Part shown: positions 24,441 to 32,000 of the stretch, piece after piece | Position numbering within the stretch: the stretch's first letter is position 1 | How the letters are laid out: every line of letters begins with the position of its first letter | Assembly (NCBI GenBank): GCA_043747665.1 | Contig: JAYTOQ010000105.1 | Span: 15,227-47,226 of the forward strand | DNA from: Polyangiaceae bacterium | GTDB lineage: Bacteria > Myxococcota_A > Polyangia > Polyangiales > Polyangiaceae | Direction: 5' to 3' | Length of the DNA stretch: 32,000 nt | Program-made: the position numbers and the translations under genes | Notes under the pieces: generated by a model | What the model was told of the DNA's origin: nothing | Databases searched by the model: none | The model's input: the letters and a program-made list of their open reading frames with translations, nothing else

Positions 24441-25171
24441 CCGAACGACGCTCGCTCGTCGGCCTCGTCCTCGCGTTCGGGCTCGTCCTCGTCGCGGCGC
24501 TCGTGCCGGCATGCAGCCGGACCGCGGGCGGCAAGTGCAAGCCAAACGAAGCAATCTGCGCGAACAAGACCACCGCGCTCACCTGCCAGAACGCCAAGCT
24601 CACGGAGGTCGCCTGCCGCGGCCCCCTCGGATGCACGACCTTCCAGGAGCACGCCAACTGCGACGACTCCGTCGCGTCCGAAGGCGACACGTGCATGGGC
24701 GAGGGCGACGAGGAGTACGCCTGCTCGGTCGACAAGAAGCGCGCGCTCATCTGCAAGAACGGGAGGTTCGAGCGCTATCTCGAGTGCCGCGGCAAGTCCG
24801 GGTGCGCCCTGCTCGGTCACCAGGTGTCCTGCGACACGTCCGTCGCCGTCAAGAATGATCCATGCAAAGTGCAAGGCGCCTCGGCGTGCAACGAGGACCA
24901 GAAGGAGCTGCTCGTCTGCCGCGACGGCCGCTTCGCGCACTACCGTTACTGCCGCGGGCAGGCCGGCTGCTACACGAAGGACGACGCGCCGGCCTGCGAC
25001 GAGACGTTGTCTCTCGAGCTCGACGAGTGCGGGCTGCCCGGGTTCGTGGTGTGCGCTGTCGACGGGCAGAGCGAGCTCATCTGCCAGGGCGGACGCTTCG
25101 TGAAGTCCCGTGCGTGCCGCACGAAGTGCACCGTCATCGCGGGCGGGCGCGGCGGAATCGACTGCAAATAG
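24437..25171 (+). CDS. Secreted lipoprotein with four six-cysteine repeats
   Basis: ATGA start/stop overlap with the aminopeptidase. The signal peptide has the lipobox LVPAC. There are four roughly 55-aa modules, each with 6 Cys (C-x7-8-C-x8-9-C-x8-9-C-x4-5-C-x8-9-C), containing CxNGRFxxxxxCRG. Confidence 0.65.
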   Translation: MTERRSLVGLVLAFGLVLVAALVPACSRTAGGKCKPNEAICANKTTALTCQNAKLTEVACRGPLGCTTFQEHANCDDSVASEGDTCMGEGDEEYACSVDKKRALICKNGRFERYLECRGKSGCALLGHQVSCDTSVAVKNDPCKVQGASACNEDQKELLVCRDGRFAHYRYCRGQAGCYTKDDAPACDETLSLELDECGLPGFVVCAVDGQSELICQGGRFVKSRACRTKCTVIAGGRGGIDCK

Positions 25172-25174
25172 CGC

Positions 25175-25726
25175 TCACTCGTGCGGATTGAGGAGGAAGC
25201 GCGCCTTCGCGAAGCGGGCCACGACTCCCACGATGCCTTCGACCTTCGACATCTCGTCGAGCACCGCGAGCGCGCCGTTGTAGGAGAGGCCCGTGGCGAT
25301 GTCGACGCCACGTCGCGCCGCGGCCTGCTCGATCGCCTGCCGCGCCTTCTCCGTGCCGAGCGCCGGCACGATGAGGTGCATGATGTCGATGGCCACCGGA
25401 GGCGGCAATGTTTGCGGTGCCGACTGCGTCGCTGCGCCGAAGTCCGGTCGGCCGACCTGCACGGCCGGCGCCTGCTTGGGCATGCGCCCGATGAGCCGCT
25501 CGACGTCCCCGCGCGAAACCGCAAAACGCGCCACGACGCCCACGAGCCCCTCAACCTTCACCAGCCAGTCGAAGATGCCGCGAATGTCATCGCCGAGGTA
25601 CGACGTCCGCGTGATTCCAGCGGCGCGCGCTGCGGAGGCCACGACCTCGTCGCTCTTGTCCTGCCCGAGCGCCGGCGCGAGGAGGACCGCGATGTCTTGT
25701 CTCGTGATGGAACGGTCTGCGGTCAT
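25175..25726 (-). CDS. Hypothetical protein with an internally duplicated ~75-aa domain
   Basis: The two halves align (..LLAPALGQDKSDEVVASAARAAGI...LVKVEGLVGVVARFAVSR.. versus ..LIVPALGTEKARQAIEQAAARRGV...MSKVEGIVGVVARFAKAR..). It starts 25 nt downstream of the FIST gene. Confidence 0.6.
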   Translation of the reverse strand: MTADRSITRQDIAVLLAPALGQDKSDEVVASAARAAGITRTSYLGDDIRGIFDWLVKVEGLVGVVARFAVSRGDVERLIGRMPKQAPAVQVGRPDFGAATQSAPQTLPPPVAIDIMHLIVPALGTEKARQAIEQAAARRGVDIATGLSYNGALAVLDEMSKVEGIVGVVARFAKARFLLNPHE

Positions 25727-25751
25727 GCGGGGGCGATTGGGTCTCGGCGAT

Positions 25752-26939
25752 TCAGCGAGGAAAGGCGAGCACGACGCTCGTGGTGTTGTGAAAGCCGCTC
25801 ATGTCGCCGGCGTCGAGCGCGATCTCACCGTACGTCTCGAAGCCGGCGATCGGTACGCCGCCCAGCTCCTCGACCATGCCGCGCACCGCGCTGCCGAACT
25901 CCTTGTTGAGGATCAGGTTGCGACAGATGCAATCGAAGACGACGGCGCCGGCGGCGGGTCGGCCATCGAGCTTGGCCTTCGCGCGCCTTGCGGCCTCGCG
26001 GGCGCTCTCGATCTGAGCCTTCGGCTCGCTCTCGGTGATGCGGATGACCGCGCCCTCCGGCACGCCGCACGCAAAGCTGATCGCGCCCGCCGCCGTCCGC
26101 GAGAGCGGCGCGCGGATCTTGTACTCGGCGCCCGCGGCGAGCCCGGCCTCGAAGCGCAGCAGGAAGGTGGTCTCGTCGGCAGGGGCAAGCGCATCGACGT
26201 CGATGCCTTGCGCCAGGGCGGCGACCCGGGTGGTCTCTCGCCAGACGTCCCAGGCTGCGCGGCCTTCGATCTCCGCGACGACGTTGCCATGAGCCTTGGT
26301 CACCCGGAGCGGCCCCGACAGCGGCTTGTGCCCATGACATACGCCGAGGCCGAGCGGGCTCTTCGAAAAGATCTGCGCGATCACCACGCCGTCGCTGATG
26401 GCGCGAGCACCACACGAGACGAGTGTAGACTGCATCTTCAGGTCGTCGCCGGCAGCGCCGCCCGCGAGCGGCGCGTCGGCGCCGAGCTCAGCGGCGGCCA
26501 TGAGCGCAACCTCCTCGCAGTTCCCGGCCATCGTGTCGATGAGCAGGATGCCCGTGCGATAGGGATACCCGGAGACGGTGCGCGGCAGCCCCTCGAGGGC
26601 CTGCGCGACAGCGCGCTCGGGCTGAGCGCGCACGCCGGATCCGATGCCAGCGTAGACCTGGTAGGCGCCGCTGATGGCCACGGCGCACACGGCGCCCTTG
26701 GTGTCGCCGCGCTCGGTGAACTCGCCCGCCGTCGATGCACCGAGAACCTGCGCGCCGGGGAACGCCTCCGCCATGACGCGCGCCACGTCGCCGAGCGGCT
26801 GCAGGGTCGAGGCGAACACCATGACGAGCGCCGGGGCTTGGCCGTGGAGATCGTGCTGGAGATCGGCGACGAGACTCGCCGCCGCCGAGGCAGCAGAGCC
26901 CGTCGCGCTCGCCGTGATGACGTGCGTATTGGTATCCAT
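25752..26939 (-). CDS. FIST-domain (FIST_N/FIST_C) sensory protein
   Basis: The size and pattern are typical of FIST proteins by recall: ALVMVFAS...VLGASTAGEF, GILLIDTMAGNCEEV, GLGVCHGHKPL, AGFETYGEIA. Confidence 0.65.
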   Translation of the reverse strand: MDTNTHVITASATGSAASAAASLVADLQHDLHGQAPALVMVFASTLQPLGDVARVMAEAFPGAQVLGASTAGEFTERGDTKGAVCAVAISGAYQVYAGIGSGVRAQPERAVAQALEGLPRTVSGYPYRTGILLIDTMAGNCEEVALMAAAELGADAPLAGGAAGDDLKMQSTLVSCGARAISDGVVIAQIFSKSPLGLGVCHGHKPLSGPLRVTKAHGNVVAEIEGRAAWDVWRETTRVAALAQGIDVDALAPADETTFLLRFEAGLAAGAEYKIRAPLSRTAAGAISFACGVPEGAVIRITESEPKAQIESAREAARRAKAKLDGRPAAGAVVFDCICRNLILNKEFGSAVRGMVEELGGVPIAGFETYGEIALDAGDMSGFHNTTSVVLAFPR

Positions 26940-27018
26940 GGTGACGCCCTCCCCAGAGCTCGTGATAGGCGGAGCGACCGCGACAGACCGCGCGAGGCCG
27001 ACGGGTGTCGAGGCTACG

Positions 27019-27783
27019 CTACTTGGCGTTGGCGCAGCAGCGAAAGCCCGTCGAGTAGTCGTGGTAGCTGACGTCGTGCGCCACAGTGCGATAGCCGCAG
27101 CCGTCGCCGTTCAGGTGCGTGTCCTGGTAGTAGCCGCCGCGGAACGTTCCGCGTGAGCCGTCGTGGACCTCGGCCGTCCACTCGTGGAGGTTGCCGACCA
27201 TGTCGAACACGCCGAAAGCGTTCTTGCACTTCGAGAAGCTGCCCGTGGGCGCCACGGTGTTGGGCGCCTCGTTGATGCGGGGATCGTTCATCGCGGCGTC
27301 CGAGCCGAAGGCGCCGTCTGGCCCGAGCTCGGGATGGTACGAGGCGAGGTTGGCGCGGCCGCTGTCATTGCAGTAGCCGCTCTTTCGCTCGTCGCCGTAC
27401 GGGAAGGTGGTCGGCGTCTTGCCGCGGCACGCCTTCTCCCATTCCTCGCCGGTGCAGAGCCGCTTCTTCGAGCCCTTGCAGGCGGTCTCGGCCTCGACCT
27501 TCGAGATGTAGCCCTGGGGTTTGACGCCGCCGCGCGTGACCGCCTTCACGGTGAGCTTGGTGACCGGCAGCGTCGGCGCATGGGCGACCTCGGCCTTGCC
27601 TTGCACCTCGACGACCTGGGCCTCCCAGCGGTCGATGCAGTATGCATGCACCCCGGGGATGGCGACGTAAGCCATGCCGCTCGGGCACGGGCCGGGCTTG
27701 CCCTCCGAGGGGCTCGACGCGCCGGCCACGCAGCCGATCACGGCTCCGCTGATCAGGAGGACGAGGAGGCGCCGCGCGACCAC
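27019..27783 (-). CDS. FGE-sulfatase (SUMF1/formylglycine-generating enzyme family) domain lipoprotein
   Basis: GTG start with signal peptide and lipobox (LISGAVIGC). The C-terminal FGVFDMVGNLHEWT...RGGYY...GFRCC signature belongs to the FGE-sulfatase fold. Confidence 0.75.
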   Translation of the reverse strand: MVARRLLVLLISGAVIGCVAGASSPSEGKPGPCPSGMAYVAIPGVHAYCIDRWEAQVVEVQGKAEVAHAPTLPVTKLTVKAVTRGGVKPQGYISKVEAETACKGSKKRLCTGEEWEKACRGKTPTTFPYGDERKSGYCNDSGRANLASYHPELGPDGAFGSDAAMNDPRINEAPNTVAPTGSFSKCKNAFGVFDMVGNLHEWTAEVHDGSRGTFRGGYYQDTHLNGDGCGYRTVAHDVSYHDYSTGFRCCANAK

Positions 27784-27849
27784 GGGCAGGGCTTAGCCCA
27801 GCCGTCGATCCGGCGCAAATCGTCTGGCGGAACGGGACGAGGTGCGGGG

Positions 27850-29325
27850 CTAATGGTGCGGAATCAACCCGGTGAACCAGGCGGCTCCGGCTGCGGCGGC
27901 GACCACGAGGAACAGGACGACGCCGATCGCCGCCCCGCCCGGTCCGCCGCTCGCGTTCTTCGTCGGCGCGTGCCCACCGGAGCGCTGCGCGCTGTGCGGG
28001 CCAGAGCCTGGCTGGCTCGATCCCGGCGGCGGCATCGAGCCCGGGGGCTGCGAGTGATGCGTGAGCGGGCGCTGGAGGTGATTCGGGTGCGACGCCGGCG
28101 GCGGATTGGAGCCCGGCATCGGCTCCCCGTCCTCGAGCGCCGACAGGTTGCCGTGCTCGAAGACGTCGAGAGGCAGCGACGCGCGCACGGGGTCGAACCC
28201 GGGACGCTTACCGACCTCGCTGATCCCGATCTCGTTCGCCCAGTTGGTGGGATCGACGAAGCCGTCCGTGTTCAGCGGCGCGGCCGCTGCGGTCTTCATG
28301 TTTCCTGAAGCGGGCGCCCCGTCTTCTTTTAATGAAGTGAACTCGAAGAGCGCTTCTTCGATCAGCTTGTCGATGATCGAGCCTTGCGGCGGGCGGACGC
28401 GCTGCCTTTCGCGCATCGTCCCCTGCACGATGCCCGCGATGTCGTAGCTGCTGATCGGCTCGCCATAGGAGAACATGAACCGCGAGAGGTCCTGGCCCAG
28501 CTCACGGCTCGTGCCGTAACGCTGCAGCATGTCCTTCGCGAGCGCCTTGTTGACGATGCGCTCGAGCTCGGGAGGGACCTTGCGGTTGATCTGGGAGATG
28601 GCCGGGACCTGCGCGACCTGGACCTTCTTGACGGTCTGGAAGTCGGTGTCGCCGAGGAAGAGGCGCTGACCGGCGAGCAGCTCCCAGAGGATGATGCCCA
28701 CCGCGAAGATGTCCGTGCGCTTGTCGACCTCCTGGCCGAGCGCGGCCTCCGGCGACAGGTACGAGAACTTTCCCTTGATGATGCCGGGCTCGCTCTTCTC
28801 GAGCTGCGAGCTCGCCTTCGCGAGCCCGAAGTCCACGATCTTCACCTCGCCGTACTTTGTCACGAGGACGTTCGGCGGAGACATGTCGCGGTGAACGAGG
28901 TTCATCGGCATGCCGTTGGGATCGCTCAGCTCGTGGGCGTAGCTGAGGCCCTTGCAGATCTCGTGGGCGATCCACGCGGCCGCCGGGACCGGGAAGTCTT
29001 TGCCCTGCTTCTTGACCGACTCGGCGATGCCCTTGAGGTTCGCGCCGTCGACGTACTCCATGACGATGAAGAAGGCGTTGTCACCGACGCCGATGTCGAA
29101 GACCTGCACGCAGTTCGAGTGCGAGAGCTGCGCGGAGAGGCGCGCCTCGTCGAGGAACATCGCGATGAACTTCTTCTTCTCGCTGAGGTGCGGAAGAACG
29201 CGCTTGATCGCGACTTGCTTGCGGAAGCCCTGAAGGCCCTCGCTCTCGGCGCGGAACACCTCCGCCATGCCGCCCGACTCGAGCTTCTCGACGACGCGGT
29301 ATCTCTGCTGGCCGGATTCCGTCAT
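27850..29325 (-). CDS. Ser/Thr protein kinase with Pro-rich linker and C-terminal TM anchor
   Basis: Hanks kinase motifs are GGMAEVFRA, VAIKRV, HRDMSPPNVLV, DFGLAK and SPEA. The C-terminal hydrophobic helix is IGVVLFLVVAAAAGAAWF. Confidence 0.9.
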   Translation of the reverse strand: MTESGQQRYRVVEKLESGGMAEVFRAESEGLQGFRKQVAIKRVLPHLSEKKKFIAMFLDEARLSAQLSHSNCVQVFDIGVGDNAFFIVMEYVDGANLKGIAESVKKQGKDFPVPAAAWIAHEICKGLSYAHELSDPNGMPMNLVHRDMSPPNVLVTKYGEVKIVDFGLAKASSQLEKSEPGIIKGKFSYLSPEAALGQEVDKRTDIFAVGIILWELLAGQRLFLGDTDFQTVKKVQVAQVPAISQINRKVPPELERIVNKALAKDMLQRYGTSRELGQDLSRFMFSYGEPISSYDIAGIVQGTMRERQRVRPPQGSIIDKLIEEALFEFTSLKEDGAPASGNMKTAAAAPLNTDGFVDPTNWANEIGISEVGKRPGFDPVRASLPLDVFEHGNLSALEDGEPMPGSNPPPASHPNHLQRPLTHHSQPPGSMPPPGSSQPGSGPHSAQRSGGHAPTKNASGGPGGAAIGVVLFLVVAAAAGAAWFTGLIPHH

Positions 29326-29423
29326 ACGCGCGCCCGCGAGGGCAAACCTGCGGAGGAGGGTGCCACCTGCGAGCGCAATGCGTCAAGAAGCCTAGGAGGG
29401 CATCGCTCTTCTCCCGTCCGCGC

Positions 29424-29493
29424 CGCGCCTGCCTAGCCCCCGCCTGCCTGGCCCCCGCCTGCCCCGCCTGCCCCCGCCTGCCCCGCCCCGCCC
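29424..29493. repeat. Imperfect tandem C4-5GCCTG repeats (six C-tracts of at least 4)
   Basis: Reads CCCCCGCCTG cctgg CCCCCGCCTG CCCCGCCTG CCCCCGCCTG CCCCG CCCCG CCC. It lies in the divergent intergenic region between the kinase and the OMP gene, immediately upstream of a TTGACA at 29500. Confidence 0.85.
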
Positions 29494-29524
29494 TCGGCAT
29501 TGACATGCGAAGCGGCTTTCCTCG

Positions 29525-31114
29525 ATGCTGCGCGCCAGTAGAGCTTCCATGCCCTCGCCCCGACACTTTGCGCGCACTTCCGGGCGTGGAGCGCTCCTCG
29601 GGAGCTCCGCGGTGTCGACATACGCGGCCGTTCTTCTCAGTTCCGGAGTGGCCTCCGCGCTCGAGCCCGAGGTAACGAGCGATACCGCCGTCCAGTTCTA
29701 CGACGTGCGGAGCCCGACCGGCGAGACCGTCATCGCGCGCCGGCGGCTCACGACGACGCTCGGGGTCAGCGTCTACGATCTCTACGACACGCCGAGCGAT
29801 CCCACCGGACCGACGCTCACCTTCCGCGCCCGCATGCGCTACGACGCCGACTACGGCGGGCCCGGCGCCGAGGTCGACCCGACGAGCCGCGGCGTCATCC
29901 CCGGCTTCGATCGCGGCCCTATCGATCTGATGTACGGCTACGTCGAAGGCCGTCGCTTCCTGAAGGGCTGGCTCGGCTTCAAGGTCGGTCGGCAGTACGT
30001 CGTCGATTCGCTCGGCTGGTGGTCGTTCGACGGCGGCCAGGTGAAGATCACGACGCCGTACTACTTCGCCGCCGAGCTCTACGGAGGGCTCGAGCAGCGC
30101 GGAGGCATGCCGCTCTCGACGCCGCGGTTCGAACGCGAGGGCATCTGGCGCGGGGATCGCACGGGTTACGACCCCGCGCTCTATCCGTCCTTCCAGCCGA
30201 ACGACGTCGCGCCCGCCTACGGCGCCGCACTCGAGTCCGCCGGATTCCCGTGGCTGCACGGCCGGCTCACGTACCGCCGCGTGGAGAACACCGGTTCGTC
30301 CAACGTGACCGAGTTCGCGAACGGCCTGAAGCAGCCCGTGCAGTACAACGGCACGCGCATCTCGCAAGAGCGCATCGGCTACGGCTTCGACGGCACCCTC
30401 CCCGACATCGGCGGCGTCAAGGGCGGGCTCGCCTACGACCTCTACAACGCGAAGCTCGCGAACCTCTTCGCGTCGGTCGACGTCTACGCGTCCCGCAAGG
30501 TCACGCTGAGCCTCGACTACGACTATTACGTGCCGACGTTCGACGCCGACTCGATCTGGAACTTCTTCCTCGCGATGCCGATGAACGATCTCGGGCTGCG
30601 CGCCGCGTGGGACGCCACCGATCACTTGGCCTTCGCTGCCGGCGCACGCGCGCGCGCGTTCTCGGTGCAGACGCAGAACGAGAGTGTGGGGAACATCCCC
30701 GGCTCGTCGGCGACGTCGCCCTACGGCATCTCCGCGGGCAACTACTTCCCTTCCAGCAGCCTCGACATGATGGGCGGCGGCAACTTCTCCGCGCGCTGGC
30801 ACTTCGGCGAAGGCGCGCTCGGTGCGCGCAGCACCGCCGACTTCGCGAGCAACGGCGAGCGCATCGGTCTGGACATCTTCGGTGAGCGCACGCTCGAGAC
30901 CCGCTACATCCTCAGCGCGCGTGCCGGCCTCTGGCAGTGGGATGACAAGCTCCGTACCGATCGCGATGCCGTCAGCTTCCAGTACGTCGCGGGCGTCGGC
31001 TACAAGCTCTGGGCACGCTCGCGCGTCTTCGTAGACTTCGAGCACGACATGAATCGCATCTCGGGGCAGCGCTTCCGCGGCATGCTCTGGCTGTCCCTGG
31101 CAGTGAACAAGTGA
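29525..31114 (+). CDS. Putative outer-membrane beta-barrel protein
   Basis: N-terminal signal-like sequence (SAVSTYAAVLLSSGVASA), with an alternative start at 29549. The sequence is rich in alternating aromatic/polar beta-strand patterns (GLAYDLYNAKLANLFASVDVYASRKVTLSLDYDYY). No family recognised. Confidence 0.5.
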   Translation: MLRASRASMPSPRHFARTSGRGALLGSSAVSTYAAVLLSSGVASALEPEVTSDTAVQFYDVRSPTGETVIARRRLTTTLGVSVYDLYDTPSDPTGPTLTFRARMRYDADYGGPGAEVDPTSRGVIPGFDRGPIDLMYGYVEGRRFLKGWLGFKVGRQYVVDSLGWWSFDGGQVKITTPYYFAAELYGGLEQRGGMPLSTPRFEREGIWRGDRTGYDPALYPSFQPNDVAPAYGAALESAGFPWLHGRLTYRRVENTGSSNVTEFANGLKQPVQYNGTRISQERIGYGFDGTLPDIGGVKGGLAYDLYNAKLANLFASVDVYASRKVTLSLDYDYYVPTFDADSIWNFFLAMPMNDLGLRAAWDATDHLAFAAGARARAFSVQTQNESVGNIPGSSATSPYGISAGNYFPSSSLDMMGGGNFSARWHFGEGALGARSTADFASNGERIGLDIFGERTLETRYILSARAGLWQWDDKLRTDRDAVSFQYVAGVGYKLWARSRVFVDFEHDMNRISGQRFRGMLWLSLAVNK

Positions 31115-32000
31115 GCATCGACGCTCATCCGCCGAAGCACGGCCGCGGCATCAACGCGATCGCGTACGTGGTGCTGATCGCCGCGCTGGTTCTCGCCGCG
31201 TGCACGGCGTTCGCGCAGGATCCCGCCGCGCCGGACACGAGCCCCGCCCCGGGGGCTGATGCCGCTGCTCCCGTGCCCGCGGACGACGGAGGCGCCGACG
31301 CGGCGATCGGTCCCGAGGCGCAGGCCTGGGCGACCGCCGGCGATCTCTCGTCGGGCCTCGCGCCGCTCAAGGACAACGGCTCCGTTCCGCTGAAGTGGCT
31401 GCCGCCCGGCGCGTTCGAGCAGGACCGCGGCCCGTCCGAGGCGGTGTTCCCGCCGCAGAAGCTGACCATCCGCTTCAACCATAAGCTCCACGTCGGTCGG
31501 CAGTTGGTCCAGTGCAAGACCTGTCACGCCGGCGCGACCACCAGCGAGTCGGTGGCCGATCGACTGACGCCGAAGGGCGCGACCTGCGACGCGTGTCACG
31601 GCACGAGCCACGACAATCTCAATCACGTCACGCCGGGAGACGACGCCACCGGCAAGTGCAACTTCTGCCACCTCGGCTACAAGGAAGGCGACGGCAACCT
31701 CGTCGCGAAGTTCGCCATCCCGCGGCCGAACATGGTGTTCAACCACAAGAAGCACGCGGCGCGGAACATCAACTGCCAGCAGTGCCACGGCGAGGTGCAG
31801 GAGCTCGAGCTTGCGACGCGCGATCAGATGCCGAGGATGCGCGGCTGCTTCAACTGCCACCAGCATCCCGACGCGGCCGCCCGAGGTGAAGCGAAGGCGT
31901 CGTGCGAGACGTGCCACATCAAGGGCGGCGCGACCGAGGGTGGCCATCTCAAGACTGTCTTCGCGAGCGGCGAGATGCAGCCCCCGCGCTGGCTCCACAA
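31111..32000 (+). CDS. Multihaem c-type cytochrome (3' end outside window)
   Basis: This frame is absent from the ORF track because it runs off the window end. The GTG at 31111 overlaps the upstream stop (GTGA). The signal peptide is INAIAYVVLIAALVLAACTAFA. Six CxxCH motifs are present: CKTCH, CDACH, CNFCH, CQQCH, CFNCH and CETCH. Confidence 0.8.
   Translation, partial: MSIDAHPPKHGRGINAIAYVVLIAALVLAACTAFAQDPAAPDTSPAPGADAAAPVPADDGGADAAIGPEAQAWATAGDLSSGLAPLKDNGSVPLKWLPPGAFEQDRGPSEAVFPPQKLTIRFNHKLHVGRQLVQCKTCHAGATTSESVADRLTPKGATCDACHGTSHDNLNHVTPGDDATGKCNFCHLGYKEGDGNLVAKFAIPRPNMVFNHKKHAARNINCQQCHGEVQELELATRDQMPRMRGCFNCHQHPDAAARGEAKASCETCHIKGGATEGGHLKTVFASGEMQPPRWLH

Noticed and set aside
25293-27071. 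592-aa plus-strand ORF antisense to the FIST and tandem-domain genes
   Set aside because: It has the same high-GC antisense composition, while the minus-strand genes have coherent starts, spacing and domain patterns.
29424-29493. C-rich repeats as a possible CRISPR array
   Set aside because: The units are only 9-10 bp and directly abutting, without spacers, and there are no cas genes in the window.
29081-31045. 654-aa minus-strand ORF spanning the kinase 5' end, the intergenic repeats and the OMP gene
   Set aside because: It crosses a promoter and repeat region and is antisense to two better-supported genes. Its composition is Arg/Ala/Gly/Glu-biased with no recognisable domain.
31000-31998. 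332-aa minus-strand ORF, plus the 31512-31889 + ORF, at the right end
   Set aside because: The unlisted + frame starting at GTG 31111 carries a signal peptide and six CxxCH haem-binding motifs, and it explains the region.

Overview
High-GC bacterial chromosome segment. The gene repertoire looks myxobacterial / deltaproteobacterial: FHA-sigma54 activator, Ser/Thr kinase, FGE-sulfatase lipoprotein, FIST, PilY1 with a vWA domain, and Cys-rich repeat lipoproteins. All family calls come from motif recognition by eye; no searches were run.

Gene order:
- 1-8.3 kb (+): pilX-like, pilY1-like (vWA + propeller), two lipoproteins, and a Wzx/MOP flippase.
- 8.3-10.1 kb (-): FHA/sigma54 enhancer-binding protein.
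- 10.4-12.7 kb (+): a lipoprotein, a multiply damaged YghA-type SDR pseudogene, and maltose O-acetyltransferase.
- 12.9-15.5 kb (-): comM/yifB then recA in tandem.
- 15.6-16.5 kb (+): a four-zinc-ribbon protein.
- 16.5-21.9 kb: an AT-richer island with almost no intact protein genes. It holds an 820-bp non-coding gap with an intrinsic terminator and a (C4N)7 tract. It also holds at least 14 co-oriented tRNA-like genes with 14 different anticodons, many with non-canonical T-loops. The only intact CDS here is an HNH endonuclease. A Ro60/Rsr (TROVE-vWA) gene is broken by at least 3 frameshifts plus deletions, and an SPFH/band-7 gene is broken by at least 4 frameshifts.
- 22-25.2 kb: an SRPBCC/Aha1-like protein with a histone-H1-like AKKP tail, a small acidic ORF, an M18 aminopeptidase, and a translationally coupled 4x six-Cys repeat lipoprotein.
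- 25.2-29.3 kb (-): a kinase / FGE-sulfatase / FIST / tandem-domain gene string.
- 29.5-32 kb (+): a putative beta-barrel outer-membrane protein whose stop overlaps the start of a multihaem c-type cytochrome (6 CxxCH before the window ends).

The most unusual feature is the tRNA-like array with HNH, decayed rsr and decayed SPFH. It looks like a mobile-element-type translation-rescue / RNA-quality-control cassette that I cannot match to a described system.
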